Origin: Kofleriaceae bacterium
GTDB lineage: Bacteria > Myxococcota_A > Polyangia > Haliangiales > Haliangiaceae
DNA: 64,000 nucleotides
Assembly (NCBI GenBank): GCA_046597055.1
Contig: JBKJLC010000037.1
Location: 82,150-146,149, forward strand
Direction of reading: 5' to 3'
Numbering within the stretch: position 1 is the first letter of the stretch; every line of letters begins with the position of its first letter. Under the pieces are notes generated by a model. It worked only from the letters and a program-made list of their open reading frames with translations. It was not told where the DNA came from and did not search any database. Shown piece by piece: positions 20,750 through 29,943 of this stretch. A program made the translations under genes and the position numbers.

Positions 20750-21510
20750 GACCGGCGGTCCCGGCGCTCGCCCAGCGCCCGATCGAGCAGGGCGCGCACC
20801 GCGTCGTGCACCCGCGTGGCCGCCGCGGCCACGACCCGGGGGTCGTCGGCGTCGTCGACCGAGTGGCCGCGGTGGAGCGCGATCGGCGCGCCGTAGCGCA
20901 GGTGGATGCGGACCGGCAGCGGGACCGGCGACCACGGCACCGGCAGGTAGGGCGCGCCGAACACGTGCAGGCGGCGGAGGCGCAGCGCCACCGGCCAGCT
21001 CTCCTCGGCGCCGACGATCGCGACCGGGATGATCGGCGCGCGGTGACGGATCGCGAGCTCGGCGTGACCGACCTGCCAGCGCTGCAGCTGGTAGCGCTCG
21101 CGGTATCGCTTGGCGGTCCCGGCCACACCCTCGGGGAAGATCGCCAGCAGCTCGCCGCGTTCGAGCAGCCGGCGCACGTTGGCCGCGGTGCCGGTGACCA
21201 CGCCGACCCGCGCGAAGAGCGTGCTCACGAACGGAAGCATGGGAATGAAGCGGTCGGCGATGGGGCGAACCATCCGCCCGGTGTGGCGCACGATGTCGTG
21301 CCACAGCATGGCGCCGTCGACCGGGAGCATGCCGCCGTGGTTGGCGACCAGGATCGCCGGACCCGACGCCGGCACGTGCTCGCGGCCCTGGGCCTCGACC
21401 CGGAAGTAGTGATCGTAGACCGGCGCGACCAGGGCGACGGTGCGGGCGACGGCGCGCGGATGAAGCCCGAACTCGTCGTACCCGTGCCCGGCGTCGTGGA
21501 AGTCGATCAT
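20746..21510 (-). CDS. Lysophospholipid (PlsC-like) acyltransferase
   Basis: NHGGMLPVD (HxxxxD-type), FPEG, PIIPVAIVGAEE. Confidence 0.88.
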   Translation of the reverse strand: MIDFHDAGHGYDEFGLHPRAVARTVALVAPVYDHYFRVEAQGREHVPASGPAILVANHGGMLPVDGAMLWHDIVRHTGRMVRPIADRFIPMLPFVSTLFARVGVVTGTAANVRRLLERGELLAIFPEGVAGTAKRYRERYQLQRWQVGHAELAIRHRAPIIPVAIVGAEESWPVALRLRRLHVFGAPYLPVPWSPVPLPVRIHLRYGAPIALHRGHSVDDADDPRVVAAAATRVHDAVRALLDRALGERRDRRS

Positions 21511-21532
21511 CACTGGCTCCGCCGCGCATCCT

Positions 21533-21548
21533 TGCCAGTCCCGTGCCT
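21533..21548 (-). promoter_or_regulatory. Probable sigma-54 promoter of the acyltransferase-epimerase operon
   Basis: AGGCACGGGACTGGCA (GG-N10-GC), followed by GGAG and GTG/ATG. Confidence 0.5.
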
Positions 21549-21569
21549 GACGGCGGCGTCCGTGTCCTC

Positions 21570-21656
21570 GGCGCGCCGCACCACTCGCGCCGCGACCGAT
21601 GCGAGGACGAGGTGCTGCAAGCCACTTCGCCCGTGGGTGCCCATGACGATCAGGTC
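21570..21656 (-). pseudogene. Universal stress protein C-terminal fragment
   Basis: DLIVMGTHGRSGLQHLVLASVAARVVRRA; no N-terminal half or convincing start codon. Confidence 0.75.
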
Positions 21657-21711
21657 GCACGGCCGCTGGCGGGCGGCGGTGGTGTTCGCGGTCGCGGTCG
21701 CCGGCGCGCCC

Positions 21712-21756
21712 CCGCAGAAGCTGCGCGCGGCGTGGCTTCGAACGCAACGTCTGCGC
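21712..21756. promoter_or_regulatory. Paired enhancer-like palindromes CGCA-N5-TGCG
   Basis: CCGCAGAAGCTGCGC (21712-21726) and ACGCAACGTCTGCGC (21742-21756), 30 bp apart. Confidence 0.65.
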
Positions 21757-21760
21757 AGAG

Positions 21761-22231
21761 TCAGAGCGGCAAGTCGTGGTGGACGGGCAGGCGCGCGGTG
21801 AGCACCGCGCAGGTCGCGCGCCTGACCACGTGCTCGGCGATCGAGCCGAGCAGCATGTGCTTCAGCCCGCTGCGCCCGTGGGTACCCATCGCGATCAGAT
21901 CGAACCCGGCTGCGCGCACGAGCTCGATCAGCTCGTCAGCGACCACGCCCTGCCGGACCATGCGCTCGACGCCGACCGCGCCGGCGGCCTTCGCCTGGGC
22001 CACGCTCCTGGCGAGCTCGAGCTCGATGCTGGCGAGCTGGTTGGCGATGATCTCGGGCGGTGGGCTCCACGCGCCCTCCGCCGGACCCAGCGAGAAGACC
22101 GGAATCTGGTAGACGTGCGCGAGGGTCAGCGGGGCGCCACATAGCCTGGACAGCTCGGACGCGATCCGGACGGCCTCGGCTGCGTGTCCGGAGAAGTCGA
22201 CCGCAACGAGAATCTTGTGAAACGCAGGCAT
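21761..22231 (-). CDS. Universal stress protein (UspA family)
   Basis: KILVAVDFS...DLIAMGTHGRSGLKHMLLGSIAEHVVRRATCAVL. Confidence 0.92.
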   Translation of the reverse strand: MPAFHKILVAVDFSGHAAEAVRIASELSRLCGAPLTLAHVYQIPVFSLGPAEGAWSPPPEIIANQLASIELELARSVAQAKAAGAVGVERMVRQGVVADELIELVRAAGFDLIAMGTHGRSGLKHMLLGSIAEHVVRRATCAVLTARLPVHHDLPL

Positions 22232-22243
22232 GTCGACTGCGAA

Positions 22244-22259
22244 TGCAAGCGAAGGGCCG
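22244..22259 (-). promoter_or_regulatory. Sigma-54 promoter of the USP gene
   Basis: CGGCCCTTCGCTTGCA; ATG 14 nt after the -12 C. Confidence 0.7.
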
Positions 22260-22279
22260 GCTGGCCCTGGTGGCCCTGG

Positions 22280-22295
22280 TGGCCCGGCCGATGCA
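22280..22295 (+). promoter_or_regulatory. Sigma-54 promoter of the lipoprotein gene
   Basis: TGGCCCGGCCGATGCA; ATG 14 nt after the -12 C. Confidence 0.7.
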
Positions 22296-22307
22296 TCCGG
22301 GTGATTC

Positions 22308-23066
22308 ATGCGTCGCCACCTGTTCCCGCTGGTCCTGTTCGCGCTTTCCGCGTGCGGTGGTTCGACCCGCCTCCCGGCGCGCACGCTCGGGGTCGGTGAT
22401 CACCTGGCCGAGGCCGACCGTCACGACGCCGAGGCCCGCGAGCATGACGAGCTCGCGGCCGGCGCCGAGCGACGGGCGACCGTCGCGCCCCTGGTCTGCG
22501 GCGATCGCGCGCTGGCCGACCTGGCGACCTCTGGAGGTGAGGTGCTGGTGCTGTCTGCGCCGTGCTGGACCTCCGAGGCCCACGCGGTCGAGAACCACCG
22601 GGCGGCGGCCGCTCGACTGCGCGCCGATGCCGCCGACCACCGGGCCCGCGCCCGCAAGCTGCTCACCCGCGAGCGTGGGGCATGTGCGGGTCTGCCAGCG
22701 GCCGAGATCGATCACTCGCCGTTTGACCACCGCGGCGACATCGGTGCCGTCGCCGCCGAGGTCGACGGGGACCGGCTCGTGGGCGCCCGGGTGACGTTCG
22801 AGGCCGTGCCGGGCCTCAGCGCTGCCTGGCTGCGGCGAGCGCTGGCCTGCCACCAGGCGCAGGCGGCGACGTCCGGGCATGATGGCCAGTTCCTGCCGAC
22901 GTCGCCGTCGGTCGTCGCTGGTGCGGAGACCACGGTCCTCGATGAGCCGGGTGGTCTGGTCGTGGTCATTCGCGCCGGCGACCCGGCGGCGGCGCTGGTC
23001 GTCTACGCCCGGGCCGAGGCGCTGCTGGCCAGTGGCGTCGACGCCGCAGCGACGTCACCGCGCTGA
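22308..23066 (+). CDS. Hypothetical lipoprotein
   Basis: Lipobox LSAC after a hydrophobic stretch; VPGLSAAWLRRALACHQA. Confidence 0.8.
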   Translation: MRRHLFPLVLFALSACGGSTRLPARTLGVGDHLAEADRHDAEAREHDELAAGAERRATVAPLVCGDRALADLATSGGEVLVLSAPCWTSEAHAVENHRAAAARLRADAADHRARARKLLTRERGACAGLPAAEIDHSPFDHRGDIGAVAAEVDGDRLVGARVTFEAVPGLSAAWLRRALACHQAQAATSGHDGQFLPTSPSVVAGAETTVLDEPGGLVVVIRAGDPAAALVVYARAEALLASGVDAAATSPR

Positions 23067-23194
23067 CTGACCGGTCACCAGGGTTCGTCAGTGTGCGGGG
23101 CCGGTCCAGGATTCGCATCCACCAGGCCGCCTTCGGATCCGATCATCACCGGTGCGCGGCGCCGGGCTGGTGACAGCGCGCGCGACCACGCATC

Positions 23195-23210
23195 CGGCCC
23201 ACGACTTGCT
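23195..23210 (+). promoter_or_regulatory. Sigma-54 promoter of the phosphotransferase operon
   Basis: CGGCCCACGACTTGCT; ATG at 23223 lies 14 nt after the -12 C. Confidence 0.7.
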
Positions 23211-23222
23211 CCGGTTCCTGGC

Positions 23223-24296
23223 ATGGACGCGATGTGTGCCTTCATCCGCGCGCGGTTCCCCGGGTGGACCGTGGTCGACAGTCAGCGGCTGGGCGACGAC
23301 GAGGCCCCCGGCGACGCCACCACCAAGGGCGTCGGGTACGGCGTGCCCGTGCGGGTGACCTGCGAGGACGAGGCTGGTCAGCGTCGCGCGCTGGTGGTGC
23401 ACACCGCGCGCGCGGACGACTTCGGCCACGACCGTCGATCGGACCGCGCGGCTGCGATGCTGCTGGCGTTCGATACCTACGGGCAGGTGCCGAGGCACGT
23501 CCCCGCACTCGACGTTGGCGTGATCGCCCGCGACGGGACCATGCGCTCGATCGCCGATGGCACCGAGGTGTACCTGGTGACGGAGTGGCGCGCGGGGGAG
23601 CTGTACGCGCAGGATCTCCGCCGGATCGTGGTCAGCGGGCCCACGCCCCAGGATCAGCGCCGGGTCGACGCCCTGGCGGACTACCTCGTCAACCTGCACG
23701 CACGACACCAGGGCCGGCTCGCCGTCTACACCCGCGCGGTGCGCGATCTGGTCGGCTCCGGCGAGGGCATCTTCGGAATGATCGACGGCTATCCGGACGA
23801 CGTGCCAGGGGCGCCGCCGGCGCGCCTGCGACGGATCGAGGAGGCCTGCCACGGATGGCGCTGGCGTCTGCGCGGGCGTCAGCCTCGGGTCGCGCGCATC
23901 CACGGTGACTTCCATCCGTTCAACATCCTGTTCGCGGGCGAGACCGACCTGACGCTGTTGGACGCCAGCCGGGGCGCCATGGGCGAGCCGGCGGATGACC
24001 TCACCGCGCTGGCGATCAACTACGTCTTCTTCGCGCTCGACCGCCCGGGCGCCTGGACCCGCGGCCTCGGGACGCTGTGGCATCGACTGTGGAATCGCTA
24101 CCTGCGGGCCTCGAGCGATGCCGAGGTGCTCGAGGTCGCCGCGCCGTGGCTGGCCTGGCGCGCGCTCGTGGTCGCCAACCCGCGCTGGTACCCGGCGCTG
24201 TCGGTACGCGGGCGCGACCGGCTGCTGGGATGGGTCGAAGCGGTCCTGGCCGCGCCCCGCTTCGATCCGGACTCGGCCGATGGAGTCGCCGCGTGA
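23223..24296 (+). CDS. APH/choline-kinase-like phosphotransferase
   Basis: Brenner motif HGDFHPFNI, LLDAS, GEPADD. Confidence 0.85.
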   Translation: MDAMCAFIRARFPGWTVVDSQRLGDDEAPGDATTKGVGYGVPVRVTCEDEAGQRRALVVHTARADDFGHDRRSDRAAAMLLAFDTYGQVPRHVPALDVGVIARDGTMRSIADGTEVYLVTEWRAGELYAQDLRRIVVSGPTPQDQRRVDALADYLVNLHARHQGRLAVYTRAVRDLVGSGEGIFGMIDGYPDDVPGAPPARLRRIEEACHGWRWRLRGRQPRVARIHGDFHPFNILFAGETDLTLLDASRGAMGEPADDLTALAINYVFFALDRPGAWTRGLGTLWHRLWNRYLRASSDAEVLEVAAPWLAWRALVVANPRWYPALSVRGRDRLLGWVEAVLAAPRFDPDSADGVAA

Positions 24297-24817
24297 GCCG
24301 CGGCGCGGTGGTCTGGTTCACCGGGTTGCCGGCGTCCGGCAAGACCACCGCCGCCGGGCAGCTGGTGCGGCGGCTGCGGGCGCGCGGGCGCGAGCCGGCG
24401 CTGCTCGACAGCGACGAGCTGCGTGCGCAGCTCGTGCCGCAGGGGGGATACCAGCCCGACGCTCGCGACGGGTTCTACCGGACGCTCGCCAATCTCGCCG
24501 GCCTGCTCGCGGCGCAGGGCCTGATCGTGGTGGTCGCGGCCACCGCACATCGCCGGCAGTGGCGGGATCTGGCACGGGCCCGTGCGCCCGCCTTTGTCGA
24601 GGTCCATGTCGCGACCCCACTCGACGAATGCCAGCGGCGTGACCCCAAGCACCTCTATGCCGAGCCGTCCGCGTGGGTGGCGCTGCCCGGCGCCGGGGTC
24701 GCGTACGAACCTCCGCTGCAGGCCGAGGTGGTGGTGCTGGGCGGCGACGCCCGGGCGTACCTCGACGCGGTGCTGGCGGCGCTGGACCGGGTGACCGCGG
24801 ACCCGTCGTCGGGGTGA
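24293..24817 (+). CDS. Adenylyl-sulfate kinase-like P-loop kinase
   Basis: VVWFTGLPASGKTT, LDSDELR, ECQRRDPKHLY, YEPP; GTGA overlap with the upstream gene. Confidence 0.8.
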   Translation: MSRGAVVWFTGLPASGKTTAAGQLVRRLRARGREPALLDSDELRAQLVPQGGYQPDARDGFYRTLANLAGLLAAQGLIVVVAATAHRRQWRDLARARAPAFVEVHVATPLDECQRRDPKHLYAEPSAWVALPGAGVAYEPPLQAEVVVLGGDARAYLDAVLAALDRVTADPSSG

Positions 24818-24869
24818 CCCGGGCGGCGTGGGCCTCGCCGCACCGCGCGCGGGTCGGCTCGACCCACGA

Positions 24870-25904
24870 TCAGCGACCGGGGAGCGCCCCAGCGCTGGGG
24901 TCCGGGGCTGCGGCGGCGCGCACCTCGTGCGCGAGCGGGGCACCCGCGGCAAACGCCGCGATGCTGGCGAGCGTGGTGTCCGCGATCGCGGCCAGCGCCT
25001 CGCGGGTCAGGAAGGCCTGGTGGGACGTGACGACGACGTTGGGGAAGGTCAAGAGGCGCGCCAGCACGTCGTCCTGCAGGACCTGGTTGGACAGGTCCTC
25101 GAAGAAGACCCCTTCCTCCTCCTCGTAGACGTCGAGGCCGGCGCCCCCGATCTGCCCGCGCTTGAGGGCGTCGACCAGCGCCGGGGTGTCGATCAGCGCA
25201 CCGCGGCCGGTGTTGATCAGGATCACGCCGCGCTTCATGCGATCGAGTGAGGCCGCATCGATCACGTGGCGGGTCGCCGGGGTCAGCGGCACGTGGAGCG
25301 AGATGATGTCCGACCGTCGGTAGAGCTCGTCGAGCCCGACGTAGGACACCAGCGAGGTCGGCGCCGCGACCAGATCGTGGGCGATGACGACACAGCCGAA
25401 GCCGCCGAAGATGCGGGCGGCCACCAGGCCGATCCGGCCGGTGCCGATCAGCCCGACGGTCTTGCCATGAAGATCGAAGCCAACCAGGCCGTCGAGCGAG
25501 AAGTTGCCATCGCGCACCCGGGCGTGGGCCCGCGGCAGCTTGCGCACCAGGGCGAGGACCAGCGCCACCGCATGCTCGGCGACGGCGTGGGGGGAGTACT
25601 CGGGGACCCGGACCACCGGCAGGTCGAGGCGGGCGGCCGCGGCCAGGTCGACGTGGTTGAACCCGGCCGAGCGGAGCGCGATCAGGCGGACCCCGGCGGC
25701 GCGCAGGATCGCGAGCACGTCCGCGTCGAGCTGGTCGTTGACGAACGCGCACACGACGTCGTGGCCGGCGGCCAGCGGCGCCGTCGCGCGGGTCAGCCGC
25801 ACCTCGAGGAACGTCAGCTCGTGGGTGGCGTCGTGGTTGGCAGTCGTGAACGACTCGCGATCGTAGCGGTGCGCATCGAACAGGAGGGTCTTCATCGGCG
25901 GCAT
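24870..25904 (-). CDS. ldhA: D-lactate / D-2-hydroxyacid dehydrogenase
   Basis: LRSAGFNHVD, VPEYSPHAVAEH, GTGRIG, NTGRG, LDVYEEE, TSHQAFLT. Confidence 0.88.
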   Translation of the reverse strand: MPPMKTLLFDAHRYDRESFTTANHDATHELTFLEVRLTRATAPLAAGHDVVCAFVNDQLDADVLAILRAAGVRLIALRSAGFNHVDLAAAARLDLPVVRVPEYSPHAVAEHAVALVLALVRKLPRAHARVRDGNFSLDGLVGFDLHGKTVGLIGTGRIGLVAARIFGGFGCVVIAHDLVAAPTSLVSYVGLDELYRRSDIISLHVPLTPATRHVIDAASLDRMKRGVILINTGRGALIDTPALVDALKRGQIGGAGLDVYEEEEGVFFEDLSNQVLQDDVLARLLTFPNVVVTSHQAFLTREALAAIADTTLASIAAFAAGAPLAHEVRAAAAPDPSAGALPGR

Positions 25905-25976
25905 GGGCCCATCCTGCCTGGTTCGCCCGCGAACCGGCGGTCGCCCGGGGGTGGCGACCTGGTATAAACCTCGCCT

Positions 25977-27077
25977 GTGAGGAAGGCGGCGCCGGAATTT
26001 GCGGAGGAGGCGTATCACCTGCTGATCCAGGCCGCGCCCGACGGCGTGCTGGTGGTCGATGCCGGGGGGCGCATCATGCTCGCCAACCCGGAGCTCGCGC
26101 GCATGACGGGCTTCACGGCCGACGAGCTGGTTGGCCAGCTCATCGAGGCGCTGGTCCCACCCGCGGTGCGCGGCACCCACGTGGCGCACCGCGACGGGTA
26201 CGCGCGTAACCCCCACGCCCGTCCGATGGGCTCGAACCTCGAGCTGGCGGCGATGCGCAAGGACGGCAGCTCGCTGCCGGTCGAGATCATGCTCAGCCCC
26301 ATGCAGCTCGGCGACCGGCGGGTGACGATCGCGTTCGTCCGCGACTCGACCGAGCCGCGACGGCGACGCAAGGAGCTGGAGGATGCCAACGCGACCGCGC
26401 AGGCCGCCGTGCGCGAGCTCGAGGCGTTCAGCTACTCGGTCGCGCACGATCTGCGGACGCCCCTGCGCACGGTCGACGGGTTCTCCCAGGCGCTGCTCGA
26501 GGACTACGGCGACCGGCTCGACGCGACCGGCCGCGACTACCTGGCCCGGTCGCGCAGCGCGGCCCAGCGCATGGGCCACCTGATCGACGACCTGCTGGCG
26601 CTGGCCCGGCTGTCGCGGATCCAGCTCGCCCGCGAATCGATCGATCTCGCGCACTTCGTCCGCGAAGCGGACACTCGGCTGCGCCAGGCTCAGCCGGGGC
26701 GCCGGGTCGACCTGACCGTCCACGAGCCCCTGCGCGCCGACGCCGACCCGCGGCTGATCGCGCTGGTCCTCGACAACCTGCTCGGCAACGCCTGGAAGTT
26801 CTCGCGGCCGCGCGCGATCGCCCACGTCGAGGTCGGCCGCCGGGGCGACGCCTACTTCGTCCGGGACGACGGGGTCGGGTTCGACCCGCAGTACGCGGCG
26901 GCGCTGTTCCTGCCGTTCAAGCGCTTGCACGCCGCCCGCGAGTTCGAGGGGACCGGGATCGGCCTGGCCACGGTCGCACGCGCGATCCAGCGCCACGGCG
27001 GCCGGATCTGGGCCGAGGCGACCCCGGACGGGGGCGCGACGTTCTTCTTCACGTTGACCGCCGAGGAGACCCCATGA
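25977..27077 (+). CDS. PAS-domain sensor histidine kinase
   Basis: PAS (APDGVLVVD, RKDGSSLPVEI); FSYSVAHDLRTPL; NLLGNAWKF; GTGIGLA. Confidence 0.9.
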   Translation: MRKAAPEFAEEAYHLLIQAAPDGVLVVDAGGRIMLANPELARMTGFTADELVGQLIEALVPPAVRGTHVAHRDGYARNPHARPMGSNLELAAMRKDGSSLPVEIMLSPMQLGDRRVTIAFVRDSTEPRRRRKELEDANATAQAAVRELEAFSYSVAHDLRTPLRTVDGFSQALLEDYGDRLDATGRDYLARSRSAAQRMGHLIDDLLALARLSRIQLARESIDLAHFVREADTRLRQAQPGRRVDLTVHEPLRADADPRLIALVLDNLLGNAWKFSRPRAIAHVEVGRRGDAYFVRDDGVGFDPQYAAALFLPFKRLHAAREFEGTGIGLATVARAIQRHGGRIWAEATPDGGATFFFTLTAEETP

Positions 27078-27517
27078 CCGACGGCCTGATCCTCCTCGTC
27101 GAGGACAACCCCGACGACGAGACGCTGACCGTGCGCGCGCTGCGCAAGAACCACATTCTCAACGAGGTCGTGGTGGCTCGTGATGGGATCGAGGCGCTCG
27201 AATGGCTGTTCGGCACCGGCGCCCACGTTGGGCGCGACGTGCGGATCCAGCCGCACGTGATCCTGCTCGATCTCAACATGCCACGCCTGTCGGGCCTCCA
27301 GGTCCTGGCGCGGATCCGCGGCGATGCCCGCACCGCGCTGGTGCCGGTGGTCGTGCTGACCTCTTCGAAAGAGGACGACGACGTCGTCAAGAGCTACGCG
27401 CTCGGGGCCAACAGCTACGTGCGCAAGCCGGTCGACTTCGCCGAGTTCGTCGAGGCGGCGCGCCGGCTCGGGATGTACTGGCTGCTGGTCAACCAGGTGG
27501 CACCGGCGAGGACGTGA
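27074..27517 (+). CDS. Single-domain response regulator (Rcp1-like)
   Basis: ILLVEDNPDD, LLDLNMP, LTSS, GANSYVRKPVDF. Confidence 0.92.
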   Translation: MTDGLILLVEDNPDDETLTVRALRKNHILNEVVVARDGIEALEWLFGTGAHVGRDVRIQPHVILLDLNMPRLSGLQVLARIRGDARTALVPVVVLTSSKEDDDVVKSYALGANSYVRKPVDFAEFVEAARRLGMYWLLVNQVAPART

Positions 27518-28605
27518 TGGGCGGGGCGATCCGGGTCCTCTTCGTCGAGGACAGCGAGGACGACGTCTTCGTGATCGTGCGCGAGCTCCGCCGCGGCGGC
27601 TTCGCGCCGACCTGGGCGCGGGTCGACGCCGCCGCCGCGCTCGCCGCGGCGCTGGTCGAGCCGTGGGATCTCGTGCTGTGCGATTACTCGCTGCCCGGGT
27701 TCGATGCGCTGGCCGCGCTGGCCCAGGTGCGCGCGCGCGCGGATCTGCCGTTCATCGTGGTGTCGGGGAAGGTCGGCGAGGAGATCGCGGTGGAGCTCAT
27801 GCGCGCCGGCGTCCACGACTTCGTGCTCAAGGACCGCCTGGCGCGGCTGGTGCCGGCGGTGGAGCGCGAGCTGCGGGACGCGCGCGCGCGCGCCGATCTG
27901 CGCCGGGCCGAGGACACCTTGCGCCGGACCGAGAAGCTGCGCGCGCTCGGACAGATGGCGGCCGGCATCGCCCACGACCTCAAGAACCTGATCAATCCGC
28001 TCGGCCTCCACGTCGAGATCGTGGAGCGCGCGCTGCGGCGCGCCGGCGCCGAGCGACCGGACGCCATCGAGACGATGCGCTCGATCCTCCAGCGCGGCGT
28101 CGAGACGATCGATCGCCTGTGCGCGTTCGGTCGGCTGGATCCGGTCGTGATCGTGGAGCGGCTCGACCTCGCCGCCGCGGCGCGCGAGAGCATCGAGCTG
28201 GCCCGTCCGCGGCTGGCGGCGGTCCCGGGCGTGACGCTCACCGACGACGTCGCGGACGTCGGCACCGTGCCGGCCCTGTCGACCGAGGTGGTCGGCGCGA
28301 TCGTCAACCTGATCGTCAACGCGATCGATGCCTGTGGCGACCGCGGGCAGATCGCCGTGCGGGTCGGCGGCGACCTGACCCACGCCTGGGTCGAGGTCGG
28401 CGACGACGGCCCGGGCATGAGCCGCGAGGTCGAGGCGCGGGTCTTCGAGCCATTCTTCACGACCAAGGGCAACGACGGGACCGGGCTCGGGCTCACCAAC
28501 GTGTTCGCGACCATGGGCCGCCACGGCGGGCTGGTGCGGCTCGAGACCGCGCCGGGCCAGGGCTCGCGGTTCACCCTCTGGTTTCCGCGCGCGCCGGTGC
28601 GCTGA
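27517..28605 (+). CDS. Hybrid receiver-histidine kinase
   Basis: VLFVEDSEDD, DYSLP; IAHDLKN; NLIVNA; FEPFFTTK; GTGLGL. Confidence 0.88.
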   Translation: MGGAIRVLFVEDSEDDVFVIVRELRRGGFAPTWARVDAAAALAAALVEPWDLVLCDYSLPGFDALAALAQVRARADLPFIVVSGKVGEEIAVELMRAGVHDFVLKDRLARLVPAVERELRDARARADLRRAEDTLRRTEKLRALGQMAAGIAHDLKNLINPLGLHVEIVERALRRAGAERPDAIETMRSILQRGVETIDRLCAFGRLDPVVIVERLDLAAAARESIELARPRLAAVPGVTLTDDVADVGTVPALSTEVVGAIVNLIVNAIDACGDRGQIAVRVGGDLTHAWVEVGDDGPGMSREVEARVFEPFFTTKGNDGTGLGLTNVFATMGRHGGLVRLETAPGQGSRFTLWFPRAPVR

Positions 28606-28817
28606 CCGCGGCGACCGTCGTGCGCGGCATGCTGGCCTCGCGCGCGGGGCCTGGGGTCACGCCGACGGGGCGCCGCGCGATCGCGAAAATCCTGCGCTGC
28701 GCGAGCGGCGGAGCTGCCTCACGCGCACCGGTTGCGCACGGCGCCCCGGCATCAGCCGGCCCCGGCAGGTGCCGCGGGCCGTGCGGGTCCGTCCGCGGAT
28801 GCCGGCGCGGCCGGTGC

Positions 28818-28833
28818 TGGCGCGCCGCTTGCT
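28818..28833 (+). promoter_or_regulatory. Sigma-54 promoter of the hemerythrin gene
   Basis: TGGCGCGCCGCTTGCT; upstream palindrome GCGCACCGGTTGCGC (28723-28737) and degenerate copy at 28683-28697. Confidence 0.7.
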
Positions 28834-28846
28834 GCTTCGAGTCAGG

Positions 28847-29269
28847 ATGGATCCCACCGAAGCCCGAGGCCTGCTCCTGGCGCAGCACGAGTGCCTGCGG
28901 GCGCTCCTGGCCTCGGCCCATGGCGAGGCCAAGCGGGTCATCGCCGGCGCGGCGGCGACCGGACTTCACGAGATCCTGGTCGAGTTGCGGCGAGCGTTCG
29001 CCGAGCACAACGCCAGCGAGGAGGCCTTGCTCGAGCCGATCCTGCGACGCGATCCAGCCTGGGGAACGCCACGGATCGACCGCATGCTCGAGGAGCATGC
29101 CGGCGAGCACCTCGCGTTTCAGGCGGCGTTGTCCGGCACGGATCACGGGGTCGCGGCTGGCATGGCCGACCTGTGCGAGGAGGTCGAGGCGCACATGGCG
29201 GCCGAGGAGCGGACGTTCCTCAGCCCTGGCGTGCTGTGCCGTGACGTGGTGGGGCGCGATGGCCCGTGA
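28847..29269 (+). CDS. Hemerythrin/HHE cation-binding domain protein
   Basis: QH..LR, HNASEE, EEH..EH, HMAAEE. Confidence 0.8.
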   Translation: MDPTEARGLLLAQHECLRALLASAHGEAKRVIAGAAATGLHEILVELRRAFAEHNASEEALLEPILRRDPAWGTPRIDRMLEEHAGEHLAFQAALSGTDHGVAAGMADLCEEVEAHMAAEERTFLSPGVLCRDVVGRDGP

Positions 29270-29364
29270 CCGCGCCGCGCTAGCCGGTCCGGGTGCGCGG
29301 CGCACGGCTTGCGCGGCCGGCTGCGTCAGGACGCAGCGCGGCGCGGGTCCCGACCGCTCGGGGC

Positions 29365-29380
29365 TGGCATCGAGCGTGCT
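29365..29380 (+). promoter_or_regulatory. Sigma-54 promoter of the second USP gene
   Basis: TGGCATCGAGCGTGCT; upstream palindrome GCGCACGGCTTGCGC (29300-29314); GGAGGAGG RBS downstream. Confidence 0.7.
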
Positions 29381-29403
29381 TGTAAAAGGCGGAGGAGGAC
29401 GTC

Positions 29404-29943
29404 ATGAGCAAGAGCCAGATCCTGATCGCATACGACTTCACCAAGCAGGCCGACATCGCCCTGGATCGGTCCGTGGAGCTCGCCTGTCGTGATCCCCAGT
29501 ACGTCCTCCACTTCCTCACCGTGGTGAAGTCGCAGGAGACGTACCTGACGGCCGACCGGATCCGCGAGAGCCTGATCGAGCGGCTCACCGCGATCTTCCG
29601 GGCCCGCGAGCCGCACGCCGAAGTCGACTTCTGTGTCCACACCCGCCTCGGCTACCCCGAGAAGGAAATCCTGGCGCTCGCCGAGGAGATCGGCGCCGAT
29701 CTGATCATCGTCGGCTCGCACGATCGCGGCAAGGTTGGCCGCATCTTCCTGGGCTCGGTCTCCGAAGCGGTGCTGCGCGGCGCCCGCTGCCCGGTCACGG
29801 TGGTGCGGCTCAAGAGCTACCCGCACGTCGAGCTGCAGCGGGTCATCGAGGTGCCACACGCCGAGCCGCACGCGCGGCCGCACCGGTACTCGTACCTGCC
29901 GTCGGCGATGCAGGCCCGCGCCAACGACCGGACGGTCCGGTAG
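29404..29943 (+). CDS. Universal stress protein
   Basis: ILIAYDF...ADLIIVGSH...FLGSVSEAVLRGARCPVTVVR. Confidence 0.9.
   Translation: MSKSQILIAYDFTKQADIALDRSVELACRDPQYVLHFLTVVKSQETYLTADRIRESLIERLTAIFRAREPHAEVDFCVHTRLGYPEKEILALAEEIGADLIIVGSHDRGKVGRIFLGSVSEAVLRGARCPVTVVRLKSYPHVELQRVIEVPHAEPHARPHRYSYLPSAMQARANDRTVR

Noticed and set aside
24293..24817. Gene symbol cysC
   Set aside because: The fold matches, but there is no sulfate-assimilation context, so function is not established.
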